Origin: Escherichia coli
GTDB lineage: Bacteria > Pseudomonadota > Gammaproteobacteria > Enterobacterales > Enterobacteriaceae
Strand: one strand, 5' to 3'
Assembly (NCBI RefSeq): GCF_003018255.1
Contig: NZ_CP027440.1
DNA length: 64,000 nucleotides
The first letter of the stretch is position 1, and each line of letters starts with the position of its first letter. The translations under genes and the position numbers were made by a program. Positions 10,942 to 23,362 of this stretch are shown here, piece after piece. Under the pieces are notes generated by a model. That model saw nothing but the letters and a program-made list of their open reading frames with translations, was not told the origin of the DNA and made no database searches.

Positions 10942-11971
10942 AATCACCTGTTGTGTTGATAAGTTCCCTGACAACGCTGGTTGCAAAACTTCCCGCCGGA
11001 AGCCAGAAACGGATTTCTACGGTGACGTCATCCCACCAGTTCCAGCTTAATTGTTGCGGATACAGCAGCATCGCTCTGCGCGCGGCTTCAACTTTTTCGC
11101 GCACCAGTAAGGTTTGTAATTCAGTTTCTTCGGCGACAGCTGCTTGTTCGAATGCCAGCGCTTCACGCTGAGTTCCCCATTCGCCACTGCCCGGCAATGC
11201 GGCGGTTATCATCAGCTCTTTATCGTTGACGCGACGCTGTAATTCCGCCAGTTCTTCGGTGGTTGCAACAAACCAGCTACCACGTCCGGCTAATTGTAGC
11301 GCATCGCCGTCAACAACTTGATTAACGTCTGCTTTTTTGAGGCGCTCAGCAACAATCTGATTAAACAACGCACTGCGGGCTGCCGACAACCAAAAACTCC
11401 GTTTATTGCGATCGCGCACCGGAGTATTGGTTTGCGCCCAACGCAGCGCGCCCTGCAAGTTGCTACCGCCAATCCCAAAACGTTGGGCACCGAAGTAGTT
11501 CGGTACACCTTTTACGCAAATATCGATCAGACGTTGTTCAACGTCATCGCGATTGCTCACTTCGCGTAGTACCAGGGTAAAGGCGTTACCTTTCAGCGCC
11601 CCTAAACGCAGCTTGCGCTTGTGCCGCGCATACTCCAGCACCTGGCAGCCTTCCAGTTGAAAGGCGCTCAGATCGGGCATCTCTTTGCCCGGCACGCGAG
11701 CGCATAACCACTGTTCCGTAACAGCATGTTTATCTTTTTGCCCAGCGAAGCTGACTTCACGGGCATGAATTTTCAGGAATTTCGCCAGTGCATCCGCCAC
11801 AAAACGGGTATTGCAGCCGTTTTTGAGGATTCTAACCAGAATATGCTCACCTTCACCATCAGGCTCAAAGCCCAAATCTTCCACCACCACAAAGTCTTCC
11901 GGATTGGCTTTCAGCAGCCCGGTGCCTTGCGGTTTACCGTGGAGGTAAGTGAGATTATCAAACTCAATCAT
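10922..11971 (-). CDS. truD: tRNA pseudouridine(13) synthase TruD
   Basis: 349-aa ORF; overlaps ispF stop and surE start (operon). Confidence 0.9.
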
Positions 11972-12447
11972 TTTGTTGCCTTAATGAGTAGCGCCACCGC
12001 TTCACAGGCAATCCCTTCCCCACGTCCGGTAAATCCCAGTTTTTCCGTAGTAGTGGCTTTCACGTTAACATCATCCATATGGCAGCCGAGATCTTCGGCA
12101 ATAAACACGCGCATTTGTGGAATGTGCGGCAACATCTTCGGTGCCTGAGCGATGATAGTGACATCGACGTTGCCGAGGGCATAACCTTTCGCCTGAATAC
12201 GACGCCAGGCTTCGCGCAACAGCTCGCGGCTGTCGGCACCTTTAAATGCCGGATCGGTATCCGGGAACAGCTTGCCTATATCTCCCAGCGCCGCCGCGCC
12301 AAGCAATGCATCGGTCAACGCATGGAGCGCCACGTCGCCATCAGAATGCGCCAGCAGCCCTTTTTCGTAAGGAATGCGTACGCCACCAATGATAATTGGG
12401 CCTTCACCGCCAAAGGCGTGTACGTCAAAACCGTGTCCAATTCGCAT
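11968..12447 (-). CDS. ispF: 2-C-methyl-D-erythritol 2,4-cyclodiphosphate synthase
   Basis: 159-aa ORF with N-terminus [12 protein letters not shown]. Confidence 0.95.
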
Positions 12448-13157
12448 TATGTATTCTCCTGATGGATGGTTCGGGTGAGGTAAAATTCGGCCAGCGCCAA
12501 ATCCTCCGGGCGCGTTACCTTGATGTTATCCGCGCGGCCTTCAACAAGTTGCGGATGAAAACCGCAATATTCCAGCGCCGAGGCCTCATCGGTAATGGTA
12601 GCGCCTTCATTTAGAGCGCGCGTCAGGCAGTCATGTAACAGCTCACGAGGGAAAAATTGCGGCGTCAGCGCGTGCCATAAGCCGTTGCGATCAACGGTAT
12701 GAGCAATGGCATTTTTGCCCGGTTCGGCACGTTTCATCGTATCGCGCACCGGCGCAGCGAGGATCCCCCCCGTGCGGCTGGTTTCGCTCAACGCCAACAA
12801 TCGCGCGAGGTCATCCTGATGCAGACAAGGACGAGCGGCGTCATGCACCAATACCCACTGCGCGTCGCCAGCGGCTTTCAGACCTGCCAGCACGGAATCG
12901 GCACGCTCTTCACCACCATCAACAACCGTGATTCGTGGATGATTCGCCAGAGGAAGTTGTGCAAAGCGGCTATCGCCAGGACTTATGGCAATGACGACAC
13001 GTTTCACCCTGGGATGCGCCAGCAGCGCATACACCGAGTGTTCAAGAATGGTTTGATTACCGATTGAGAGATATTGCTTAGGACATTCCGTTTGCATTCG
13101 GCGGCCAAATCCGGCCGCCGGAACCACGGCGCAAACATCCAAATGAGTGGTTGCCAT
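12447..13157 (-). CDS. ispD: 2-C-methyl-D-erythritol 4-phosphate cytidylyltransferase
   Basis: 236-aa ORF with [11 protein letters not shown] motif; 1-nt overlap with ispF. Confidence 0.95.
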
Positions 13158-13175
13158 GTTAATTCCCGGGCTGAT

Positions 13176-13487
13176 TTATCGATTATTTTGCCCCGCAGAC
13201 TGTGCGCGCTTTGACGCGTCAGGCACCAGACGATAAAACGTTTCGCCCGGCCTGGTCATGCTGAGTTCATTACGCGCACGCTCTTCGAGCGCCTCCTGGC
13301 CGCCATTGAGATCGTCAATTTCGGCAAAAAGCTGATCGTTTCGCGCTTTAAGTTTCGCGTTTGTAGCTTGCTGTGCCGCCACATCATTATTGACGCGAGT
13401 ATAGTCATGTATACCGTTCTTACCGAACCACAGCGAATACTGTAGCCAGACCAGAATAGCCAGCAACAGCAGCGTTAGTTTACCCAT
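13176..13487 (-). CDS. ftsB: cell division protein FtsB
   Basis: 103-aa ORF with N-terminal transmembrane segment and coiled coil. Confidence 0.9.
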
Positions 13488-13679
13488 CCTGCCCCCTGAA
13501 AAACGGCATCTTCATCCCATGCATCCGAAGACGACTCTACATCCTCTGTTGGGGATACCGCGACAACGCGGGCAAATGTACCACATTTGTCCATTGTTAC
13601 GTATACCCAGGGCGTGCAGAACATAATCTCATTATTAGTTACGGATTGAATTATGAACAGAATAGAGAGGAAAGAACAA

Positions 13680-14003
13680 TTAACCCAGTAGCCACATAAA
13701 CAGCGCACCAAACATAATGCCAACCGTCGCCAGAGTGAAAACAATACTGTAGCGTAGCTTTCCGTCCATCAATGAATGCAGTGCAATCCCCACCACTACA
13801 GCGACGGGCATCAGCGCCAGAAAGAAAGGCCAGGTGTAGATAAAAAAGAGCAGCGTGTTAGAGCCATAAATCAACATCGGAATTGCCAACGCGCACAGCC
13901 ACGATAAAAAACCAACCACAGCGCCTGGCAGCGACCATGTGGTGTCTTCAACCTCAGTAAGGCTGTCGTTATTTGTTAATGTAATGTTGTGGCTGTTACG
14001 CAT
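13680..14003 (-). CDS. ygbE: small inner-membrane protein YgbE (DUF3561)
   Basis: 107-aa hydrophobic ORF between cysC and ftsB. Confidence 0.8.
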   Translation of the reverse strand: MRNSHNITLTNNDSLTEVEDTTWSLPGAVVGFLSWLCALAIPMLIYGSNTLLFFIYTWPFFLALMPVAVVVGIALHSLMDGKLRYSIVFTLATVGIMFGALFMWLLG

Positions 14004-14052
14004 ATCTGATCCTGTTACTTTGACGAACCGGGCATGGAAACCCGGCGGTGTC

Positions 14053-14658
14053 TCAGGATCTGATAATATCGTTCTGTCTCAACAGATCTAATAATTGCTG
14101 TACCAAATTTGTTACTAATTGTTCACCATTGAGATGAATTTCTGCCGATTCAGGCGCTTCGTAAACGGAATCTATTCCCGTAAAGTTGCGCAGTTCACCG
14201 GCACGCGCTTTCTTATATAAACCTTTTGGATCGCGGGCTTCGCAAATCGCCAGCGGCGTATCGACAAACACTTCGATAAAGCGCCCTTCTCCTACGCGTT
14301 CGCGAACCATCTGGCGTTCGGCGCGGTGTGGCGAGATAAATGCGGTCAGCACCACCAGTCCGGCTTCAACCATCAAATTCGCCACTTCACCAACCCGACG
14401 GATATTCTCTTTACGGTCGGCATCGCTAAAACCGAGATCGCTGCATAATCCGTGGCGAACGTTGTCGCCATCCAGCAGATACGTACTGACGCCAAGTTTA
14501 TGTAACGCCTCCTCCAGCGCCCCCGCGACGGTTGATTTACCGGAACCAGAGAGGCCGGTAAACCACAGCACAACACCACGATGACCGTGGTGCTGTTCGC
14601 GTTGTTGCGGAGTTACTGGGTGGCTATGCCAGACGACGTTTTCGTCATGCAGCGCCAT
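14053..14658 (-). CDS. cysC: adenylylsulfate (APS) kinase
   Basis: 201-aa ORF with P-loop GLSGSGKST. Confidence 0.95.
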   Translation of the reverse strand: MALHDENVVWHSHPVTPQQREQHHGHRGVVLWFTGLSGSGKSTVAGALEEALHKLGVSTYLLDGDNVRHGLCSDLGFSDADRKENIRRVGEVANLMVEAGLVVLTAFISPHRAERQMVRERVGEGRFIEVFVDTPLAICEARDPKGLYKKARAGELRNFTGIDSVYEAPESAEIHLNGEQLVTNLVQQLLDLLRQNDIIRS

Positions 14659-16085
14659 TATTTATCTCCCAGTAAATCGCGCGCACCCCAATGCGGGAAA
14701 TGGCGGCGAACCAGGGCATTCAATTCCAGTTCGAATGCACTGAATTCAGATGGCGCAGCAGTTGCCTGGCTAACTGGTTCGTGCACCATACCGGCACCTA
14801 CGGTCACATTACTCAGGCGATCGATAAAAATCAGCCCACCGGTAACCGGGTTTTGCTGATAACGATCTAACACCAGTGGCTCGTCAAAGGTGAGATCTAC
14901 CAGGCCGATGCCGTTCAGCGGCAGGTTTTCAACTTCGCGTTGGGTAAGGTTATTGATATCAACCTGATAACGAATGCCATCAACACGAGCACGCGTCTTC
15001 TTACCGGCAATTTTGATGTCATAACTCTGGCCCGGGGAAAGCGGCTGTTCCGCCATCCATACCACATCCACCGACGCGCTCTGCACAGCCGGTAACGCTT
15101 CGTCTGCCGCCAGCAGCAGATCGCCACGGCTGATGTCGATCTCATCCGTCAGCACCAGGGTGATCGCTTCTCCGGCAAAGGCTTCTTCGCGATCGCCATC
15201 AAAAGTCACGATCCGCGCGACGTTTGATTCCACACCAGAGGGCAGCACTTTGACACGTTGCCCGACTTCCACGCGACCGGATGCCAGCGTTCCGGCGTAG
15301 CCACGAAAATCGAGATTCGGACGGTTAACGTACTGCACCGGGAAGCGCATTGGCTGAGCATCCACCACTCGCTGGATCTCCACGGTTTCCAGCACTTCGA
15401 GCAGTGTCGGACCGCTGTACCACGGCATACTTTCACTTTGCGAAGCCACATTGTCGCCTTCCAGTGCAGAGAGCGGCACAAAGCGGATATCCAGATTACC
15501 CGGCAGCTGCCCGGCAAACGTCAGATAATCTTCGCGAATACGGGTGAACGTCTCTTCACTGTAACCCACCAGATCCATTTTGTTGATCGCCACGACCAGA
15601 TGTTTGATCCCCAACAGTGTGGAGATAAAACTGTGACGACGGGTTTGATCGAGCACGCCTTTACGGGCATCGATCAGTAAGATCGCCAGTTCACATGTCG
15701 ATGCGCCAGTCGCCATATTGCGGGTGTACTGCTCGTGCCCTGGGGTATCGGCGATAATAAATTTACGCTTCTCGGTAGAGAAATAACGGTAAGCCACGTC
15801 AATGGTGATGCCCTGTTCGCGCTCAGCTTGCAGGCCGTCCACCAGCAGAGCCAGATCCAGCTTTTCGCCCTGGGTGCCGTGACGTTTACTGTCGTTATGC
15901 AGCGATGAGAGCTGATCTTCGTAGATTTGGCGGGTATCGTGCAGCAGGCGACCAATCAGGGTACTTTTGCCGTCATCGACGCTACCACAGGTCAGAAAAC
16001 GCAGCAGGCTTTTATGTTGTTGCGCAATCATCCATGCTTCGACGCCGCCTTCATTGGCGATTTGTTGTGCAAGTGCGGTGTTCAT
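14658..16085 (-). CDS. cysN: sulfate adenylyltransferase subunit 1 (GTPase)
   Basis: 475-aa ORF with translation-factor-type GTPase motifs; 1-nt overlap with cysC. Confidence 0.95.
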   Translation of the reverse strand: MNTALAQQIANEGGVEAWMIAQQHKSLLRFLTCGSVDDGKSTLIGRLLHDTRQIYEDQLSSLHNDSKRHGTQGEKLDLALLVDGLQAEREQGITIDVAYRYFSTEKRKFIIADTPGHEQYTRNMATGASTCELAILLIDARKGVLDQTRRHSFISTLLGIKHLVVAINKMDLVGYSEETFTRIREDYLTFAGQLPGNLDIRFVPLSALEGDNVASQSESMPWYSGPTLLEVLETVEIQRVVDAQPMRFPVQYVNRPNLDFRGYAGTLASGRVEVGQRVKVLPSGVESNVARIVTFDGDREEAFAGEAITLVLTDEIDISRGDLLLAADEALPAVQSASVDVVWMAEQPLSPGQSYDIKIAGKKTRARVDGIRYQVDINNLTQREVENLPLNGIGLVDLTFDEPLVLDRYQQNPVTGGLIFIDRLSNVTVGAGMVHEPVSQATAAPSEFSAFELELNALVRRHFPHWGARDLLGDK

Positions 16086-16086
16086 C

Positions 16087-16995
16087 TTAAAAATACCCCT
16101 GACGTTTTTTCAGCTCCATAGACCCCGCCTGGTCGCGGTCAATTACGCGGCCCTGACGTTCACTGGTGGTGGAAACCAGCATCTCTTCGATGATCTCCGG
16201 CAGTGTTTGCGCATTTGACTCCACCGCGCCGGTCAGCGGCCAACAGCCCAGTGTGCGGAAACGCACCATCCGTTTTTTAATCACTTCGCCCGGTTGCAGG
16301 TCGATACGGTTGTCATCAATCATCATCAACATACCGTCGCGTTCCAGAACCGGACGTTCCGCAGCAAGATACAGCGGAACAATGTCGATATTTTCCAGCC
16401 AGATGTATTGCCAGATATCCTGCTCGGTCCAGTTAGAGAGCGGGAAGACGCGGATGCTTTCGCCTTTGTTAATTTGCCCGTTGTAGTTGTGCCACAGCTC
16501 CGGGCGCTGATTTTTCGGATCCCAGCGATGGAAGCGGTCACGGAAAGAGTAGATTCGCTCTTTAGCGCGGGATTTCTCTTCGTCACGGCGCGCACCACCG
16601 AAGGCGGCATCAAAACCGTATTTGTTCAGCGCCTGTTTCAGGCCTTCAGTTTTCATAATATCGGTATGTTTCGCGCTGCCGTGTACGAATGGATTAATCC
16701 CCATCGCCACGCCTTCCGGGTTTTTATGCACCAGCAGCTCGCAGCCGTAGGCTTTCGCCGTACGATCGCGGAACTCATACATCTCGCGGAATTTCCAGCC
16801 GGTATCGACATGCAGCAACGGGAAAGGCAGCGTACCTGGATAAAACGCCTTGCGCGCCAGATGCAGCATGACGCTGGAATCTTTACCGATAGAGTAGAGC
16901 ATCACCGGATTTGAGAATTCTGCAGCCACCTCGCGAATAATGTGGATGCTTTCCGCCTCCAGTTGCCGCAGGTGGGTAAGTCGTTTTTGATCCAT
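16087..16995 (-). CDS. cysD: sulfate adenylyltransferase subunit 2
   Basis: 302-aa ORF of the PAPS-reductase-like fold, immediately upstream of cysN. Confidence 0.95.
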   Translation of the reverse strand: MDQKRLTHLRQLEAESIHIIREVAAEFSNPVMLYSIGKDSSVMLHLARKAFYPGTLPFPLLHVDTGWKFREMYEFRDRTAKAYGCELLVHKNPEGVAMGINPFVHGSAKHTDIMKTEGLKQALNKYGFDAAFGGARRDEEKSRAKERIYSFRDRFHRWDPKNQRPELWHNYNGQINKGESIRVFPLSNWTEQDIWQYIWLENIDIVPLYLAAERPVLERDGMLMMIDDNRIDLQPGEVIKKRMVRFRTLGCWPLTGAVESNAQTLPEIIEEMLVSTTSERQGRVIDRDQAGSMELKKRQGYF

Positions 16996-17130
16996 AACCG
17001 TTCCTTTGCAATACCGCTATTTTCTTGCCATCAGATGTTTCGACTATAGGGAGCGTAAGAGAACGAATGAAATTACCAATTAGAATGAGTAGTTCCTTAA
17101 CGGAATAACGATTTGGCAAAGCTAATATCA
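16996..17130 (-). promoter_or_regulatory. cysDNC promoter region (expected CysB-activated)
   Basis: AT-rich region upstream of cysD; assignment rests on established cys regulon knowledge, and no precise sites were called. Confidence 0.35.
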
Positions 17131-17246
17131 AAAAGTGCTTAAGGCACCGGATTTCGGGCGTTTAGGAAGATTTGAAATTGTTTTAGCGCAGCGGCAGTTT
17201 CATACTATGACGGTAAAAAAATTTGCATGGTATTTAAGGACTCACT

Positions 17247-18284
17247 ATGTTTTCCGCATTGCGCCACCGTACCGCTGCCCTGGCGCTCGGCGTATGCTTT
17301 ATCCTCCCCGTACACGCCTCGTCACCTAAACCTGGCGATTTTGCTAATACCCAGGCACGACATATTGCTACTTTCTTTCCGGGACGCATGACCGGAACTC
17401 CTGCAGAAATGTTATCTGCCGATTATATTCGCCAACAGTTTCAGCAAATGGGTTATCGCAGTGATATTCGGACATTTAATAGTCGGTATATTTATACCGC
17501 CCGCGATAATCGCAAGAGCTGGCATAACGTGACGGGAAGTACGGTGATTGCCGCTCATGAAGGCAAAGCTCCGCAGCAGATCATCATTATGGCGCATCTG
17601 GATACTTACGCTCCGCTGAGCGATGCTGACGCCGATGCCAATCTCGGCGGGCTGACGTTACAAGGAATAGATGATAACGCCGCAGGTTTAGGTGTCATGC
17701 TGGAACTGGCAGAACGCCTGAAAAATACGCCTACCGAGTATGGTATTCGATTTGTGGCGACCAGTGGTGAAGAGGAAGGGAAATTAGGTGCTGAGAATTT
17801 ACTCAAGCGGATGAGTGACACCGAAAAGAAAAATACGCTGCTGGTGATTAATCTCGATAACTTAATTGTTGGCGATAAATTGTATTTCAATAGTGGTGTA
17901 AAAACCCCTGAAGCAGTAAGGAAATTAACGCGCGACAGGGCGCTGGCAATTGCGCGTAGTCATGGAATTGCCGCAACGACCAATCCGGGTTTGAATAAAA
18001 ATTATCCGAAAGGCACTGGGTGTTGTAATGACGCAGAAATATTCGACAAAGCCGGTATTGCTGTACTTTCGGTGGAAGCGACTAACTGGAATCTTGGGAA
18101 TAAGGATGGTTATCAGCAACGCGCAAAAACAGCCGCATTCCCTGCGGGAAATAGCTGGCATGACGTAAGACTGGATAATCAACAACATATTGATAAGGCG
18201 CTTCCTGGAAGAATAGAACGTCGCTGCCGTGATGTTATGCGGATAATGCTACCTCTGGTGAAGGAGTTGGCGAAGGCGTCTTGA
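17247..18284 (+). CDS. iap: alkaline phosphatase isozyme conversion aminopeptidase (M28 family)
   Basis: 345-aa ORF with signal peptide and M28 peptidase pattern; conserved position beside the CRISPR array. Confidence 0.9.
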   Translation: MFSALRHRTAALALGVCFILPVHASSPKPGDFANTQARHIATFFPGRMTGTPAEMLSADYIRQQFQQMGYRSDIRTFNSRYIYTARDNRKSWHNVTGSTVIAAHEGKAPQQIIIMAHLDTYAPLSDADADANLGGLTLQGIDDNAAGLGVMLELAERLKNTPTEYGIRFVATSGEEEGKLGAENLLKRMSDTEKKNTLLVINLDNLIVGDKLYFNSGVKTPEAVRKLTRDRALAIARSHGIAATTNPGLNKNYPKGTGCCNDAEIFDKAGIAVLSVEATNWNLGNKDGYQQRAKTAAFPAGNSWHDVRLDNQQHIDKALPGRIERRCRDVMRIMLPLVKELAKAS

Positions 18285-18304
18285 TGGGTTTGAAAATGGG
18301 AGTT

Positions 18305-19188
18305 GGGAGTTCTACCGCAGGGGCGGGGAATTCTAAGTGATATCCATCATCGCATCCAGTGCGCCCGGTTTATCCCCGCTGACGCGGGGAACACACATGA
18401 ATGTCGGTTCAGACCGTGTTTTTACCCGGTTTATCCCCGCTGGCGCGGGGAACACGAGGCTGAACAGGGAGGGGGCTACCGGCACAGCGGTTTATCCCCG
18501 CTGGCGCGGGGAACACTTGCCAACCGCCAAAGACTGGAAAACCAATCTCGGTTTATCCCCGCTGGCGCGGGGAACACTTAAACTTGCCGCCGGTATGGGG
18601 GGAACGGGCCGGTTTATCCCCGCTGGCGCGGGGAACTCGTTTCGCGTCGATCGCCTTTTGCGCAATCGCGCCGGTTTATCCCCGCTGGCGCGGGGAACTC
18701 TTTCTTTTTCCATTTAAGTTATTCTAATACCCCGGTTTATCCCCGCTGGCGCGGGGAACTCGATCATGCCTTACTAAAAGGTCCGCTGACGGGCGGTTTA
18801 TCCCCGCTGGCGCGGGGAACTCATCATGACAAAAAGTTACGCTCATCTATTCAACGGTTTATCCCCGCTGGCGCGGGGAACTCTCCATATGTTGCCCCGC
18901 TCGGGACAACACCCCCGGTTTATCCCCGCTGGCGCGGGGAACTCTTAGCGCCGACAAAAGAAGTTGCGGATAACAGCGGTTTATCCCCGCTGGCGCGGGG
19001 AACTCGCCCGTTCCCAGGGAGTGCGGCTCCACCCCCGCGGTTTATCCCCGCTGACGCGGGGAACTCTTCAGTTTCACACTCGGTAATGCCGTTATTTACG
19101 GTTTATCCCCGCTGGCGCGGGGAACTCCTCGGGGCCAGCCTCCCCCATTAACCCGGCACCGGTTTATCCCCGCTGGCGCGGGGAACTC
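18305..19188 (-). CRISPR. type I-E CRISPR array: 14 intact or near-intact 29-nt repeats plus one degenerate terminal repeat (18305-18333), 14 spacers
   Basis: Plus-strand repeat CGGTTTATCCCCGCTGGCGCGGGGAACTC at a 61-nt period (reverse complement of the canonical E. coli repeat GAGTTCCCCGCGCCAGCGGGGATAAACCG). Spacers are 32 nt, one is 33 nt. The four leader-distal repeats end in CAC rather than CTC. Confidence 0.98.
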
Positions 19189-19293
19189 TCTAAAAGTATA
19201 CATTTGTTCTTAAAGCATTTTTTCCCATAAAAACAACCCACCAACCTTAATGTAACATTTCCTTATTATTAAAGATCAGCTAATTCTTTGTTT
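19189..19293 (-). promoter_or_regulatory. CRISPR leader and promoter region
   Basis: AT-rich about 105 bp between the cas2 stop and the first repeat; shares motifs with the leader of the second array. Confidence 0.7.
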
Positions 19294-20497
<1,204 letters not shown>

Positions 20498-20512
20498 TTT
20501 ATTACACCTCAA

Positions 20513-21112
20513 TCACAGTGGAGCCAAAGATAGCAAGCCACATCCCATCGATTTAGCTGGCCCAATACCTTGCTGTACAAGATCTATTAACGCTGGCGCG
20601 TCGTTGATGGTGATCACCCCTTCAAAGCAAACCGTTTGGATCTTTCCACTTTTACCATCACCAGAAAAATACTGTGGCCGTTCCGATATGGGATGCACAT
20701 CTTCAACGCGCGCCGCATTGCCCAATTTACGTTGCAACCACGCGATTTGTTCTGCTTCTTTTATTAACGGAACCCGACAGCGTTTAATATTCCCTTTACT
20801 GTCCAGGCGCTTTTGATTGTCGAGAATAGTTTTGATCGGATTTGCCCGAAGCCGAAAATAGAGTGGAACACCAACCTGAAGTTGAAATTCAACCTGTTTA
20901 GTTTTAATGACTGTCGCAACGGCAGTAGAAACAGGCATTTGCGCTGACTGCAATAAAACATGACAGCCTTCTGGTGTGTTTCGCTTCTCAACATGAAAAA
21001 GAAAATCACGAGCAGCATCCGGTCTGTTTGGAAATAAATGCCATAATCCCTGGTGAAGTTGGTAAAGATCCCTGCTCCAGGCCCTGGCAATGATGACTTT
21101 ACTGAGATACAT
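20513..21112 (-). CDS. casE: Cas6e (CasE/Cse3) pre-crRNA endoribonuclease
   Basis: 199-aa ORF with N-terminus MYLSKVIIARAWSRDLYQLHQGLW; position in the operon. Confidence 0.95.
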   Translation of the reverse strand: MYLSKVIIARAWSRDLYQLHQGLWHLFPNRPDAARDFLFHVEKRNTPEGCHVLLQSAQMPVSTAVATVIKTKQVEFQLQVGVPLYFRLRANPIKTILDNQKRLDSKGNIKRCRVPLIKEAEQIAWLQRKLGNAARVEDVHPISERPQYFSGDGKSGKIQTVCFEGVITINDAPALIDLVQQGIGPAKSMGCGLLSLAPL

Positions 21113-21773
21113 CCATACCTCCTTTAATCACATACCATTCTCGGGAAGCAAATTGTCGAGGTAAGGTGATCATCGGTTCGTCGCGCACCGTAAATTTTAA
21201 ATGATGCCCGTCAACTGATTCCTCACTATAAATATCGCCGCCAACGGGCTCATAATTTAATAGCGCCTTCTGAGGATCCGACGCCTGACATGTCCCGAGA
21301 AAAAGCGGTTGTGTTAGCGGACAACTCCTCCGCCCCAGATACGGTGTATACCGAGGCTTTAATACTGCTTTTTCAAGTTCTGACATAACCATCGTTGCCT
21401 GTGGTGTTAACCAGATAGCGACGGTAAAGGAGGCATCACATAAATATTCGCGCCATGTTTGAATCGTTTCATGACTTTTCAAACCACGGTAATCTTCTCG
21501 CGCTCCAAGGACTGTATGGTAATCACGCAACCCCGTTACAGACACACGACGATCGTCAAGAATGAGTTCATCGCAGCGCACTGCAAATTGCACACTCTCT
21601 GATAACGCCTGTAATGAAGAAGTATCATCACGTTGGATCCCAAGACAAGCCCCGAGTAGCCCTAATAACCCGCTTCGGGTCGGAAATCTTCCGGTAGGTC
21701 GCGTTCCTTCAAAGGTCGGCTGCCCCCAGGCTTGCATTGGCCCAGCAAGCCGCAAGATCAAATAAGATCTCAT
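21099..21773 (-). CDS. casD: Cas5e (CasD) Cascade subunit
   Basis: Start at MRSYLILRLAGPMQAWGQ, giving 224 aa; 14-nt overlap with casE. Confidence 0.95.
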   Translation of the reverse strand: MRSYLILRLAGPMQAWGQPTFEGTRPTGRFPTRSGLLGLLGACLGIQRDDTSSLQALSESVQFAVRCDELILDDRRVSVTGLRDYHTVLGAREDYRGLKSHETIQTWREYLCDASFTVAIWLTPQATMVMSELEKAVLKPRYTPYLGRRSCPLTQPLFLGTCQASDPQKALLNYEPVGGDIYSEESVDGHHLKFTVRDEPMITLPRQFASREWYVIKGGMDVSQ

Positions 21774-21775
21774 GT

Positions 21776-22867
21776 TCACGCCTCGCCATTATTACGAACC
21801 CAGGATTTTAACTGTTCTAAAGTAGGCATTTGTTTAACTTGAGCAGTAATTGGGTCTACATCAGATAAGCTGAATTGCGCAGCAGCTCCGTTCAGACCAT
21901 ATCCATTGGCAACGCGATCCCAATATTGATTAAACGCCTGTATAGACGGTTGCAAAAAGCCATCTTTCGCTTTAACCGCTTTTTCAAAAGCATTTGCCAT
22001 AGAAAGTGGCATATCGGAGAAATTAACCATTACCATATCCGCAGGGTTAAAAGCGGCATAAGTACGCTGTTTTGCTCCAGGGACCTCTGTTGCCAGCATA
22101 TGAACAACATGGGTTGCAATTTCCAGAGCCTGCTCCCTGGAGGCACCACCTAAATTTTCCTGAAGTTGAGCGAGGTTAATGTTGGCATAACGATAAAAAA
22201 CACCCGATGAAAATTCCTGAGTTCCCAGATGTGCAGAACCTTGTTCCTGTAAATCATCTACAGCGGTGAACCAGTCAATATCAGAATCAACCTGATGAGT
22301 AGTGATCGCATGCGCAATGGACATTGCACCATCAACTTTTCCCAACTCACTCATCATGCCGCTGGTTGCCATTCTTCCACTAAGCGCAATATCAACACCC
22401 TGCTGTAAATTCACACGTATGGCGGCAATATCTTCCTTAAGAACTTTGAGCAGCTTTTTATCATCCAGATTATCAGCCTCTGCTTTTGCAACCTGCTCAC
22501 AGAACCAGGCTATTTCTCCCACAACCCAGGGAGTAACCGCATCGGCAGAAATCTTTTCGGCTTCATCAACTAATTTACCGGAGAGCAGCGCTAATGTCTT
22601 ATCGATGATTTTTTGGTCAAAACGTTCACCAAGTTTTTGCCGAAGAACATCACGTAATTGTGCAAGATGAATTGTTCTGAGACTGGATTCACCAATATTT
22701 TGTGCGTAATAATCACTTTTACGCATCGCATGTTTAAGGCTTTGACTTGAAATTCTTACTCGTCTTTTCCCGCCGAAAATAGCGTCTTTCTGCATGTTCA
22801 TATCGTCGCGGTTCAGACATGAAGGGCTGTGAGAGATCAGAACATGAATATTGATAAAGTTAGACAT
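21776..22867 (-). CDS. casC: Cas7e (CasC/Cse4) Cascade backbone subunit
   Basis: 363-aa ORF with N-terminus [24 protein letters not shown]. Confidence 0.95.
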   Translation of the reverse strand: MSNFINIHVLISHSPSCLNRDDMNMQKDAIFGGKRRVRISSQSLKHAMRKSDYYAQNIGESSLRTIHLAQLRDVLRQKLGERFDQKIIDKTLALLSGKLVDEAEKISADAVTPWVVGEIAWFCEQVAKAEADNLDDKKLLKVLKEDIAAIRVNLQQGVDIALSGRMATSGMMSELGKVDGAMSIAHAITTHQVDSDIDWFTAVDDLQEQGSAHLGTQEFSSGVFYRYANINLAQLQENLGGASREQALEIATHVVHMLATEVPGAKQRTYAAFNPADMVMVNFSDMPLSMANAFEKAVKAKDGFLQPSIQAFNQYWDRVANGYGLNGAAAQFSLSDVDPITAQVKQMPTLEQLKSWVRNNGEA

Positions 22868-22879
22868 AGAAAGGTTTCC

Positions 22880-23362
22880 TTACGCATTTTTGTTTGTGGT
22901 CAATACAAAATCTTCCAGAAGTTGCTGGCGTTCGCGCTTTCCCCACCAGGTCAACATCCTGGCCATTAATGGCCAGTCAAGTACGGGTTCGGCGTGAGTA
23001 AGTAATCGACGTAACTGGACCATATCGGCTGTTCTGTCAGCCCGAATTAATTGAAAGATACGGCGCTCGTTAATTCTTCCACTATTGGCTAAAGCTCTTC
23101 CCAACGAGATACCTGTTGTTTGCTCCGTTTTTTTGTCCTGATGTCGGATGACATTCTTTCCTGCGCTCAGGCAAAACACCATGCGCAAAAGAGCCTGCTG
23201 GTGACGTGGGTTTTCCCAACCAAAAGATTGCACCAGCCTATAAAACGCAGGGATATCGCGTAATTCATCAGGTTCTGAAACACGTCTAATTTGCGCACAT
23301 GCTCCATTATCCAGTTGTTGCCAGGCTCGATATAAAGCCATTGCATCAATTTCATCAGCCAT
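22880..23362 (-). CDS. casB: Cse2 (CasB) Cascade small subunit
   Basis: 160-aa ORF; 8-nt overlap with the casA 3' end. Confidence 0.95.
   Translation of the reverse strand: MADEIDAMALYRAWQQLDNGACAQIRRVSEPDELRDIPAFYRLVQSFGWENPRHQQALLRMVFCLSAGKNVIRHQDKKTEQTTGISLGRALANSGRINERRIFQLIRADRTADMVQLRRLLTHAEPVLDWPLMARMLTWWGKRERQQLLEDFVLTTNKNA

Noticed and set aside
13475-13744. 89-aa minus-strand ORF spanning the ftsB-ygbE intergenic region
   Set aside because: Overlaps the ftsB start and the ygbE 3' end in another frame; explained by the flanking genes.
18303-18717. ORFs 18303..18581 (+), 18337..18717 (+) and 18492..18713 (-) with repetitive FIPAGAGNT / YPRWRGEH peptides
   Set aside because: They are translations of the CRISPR repeats themselves; the periodic peptide repetition follows the 61-nt repeat unit, so they are not genes.
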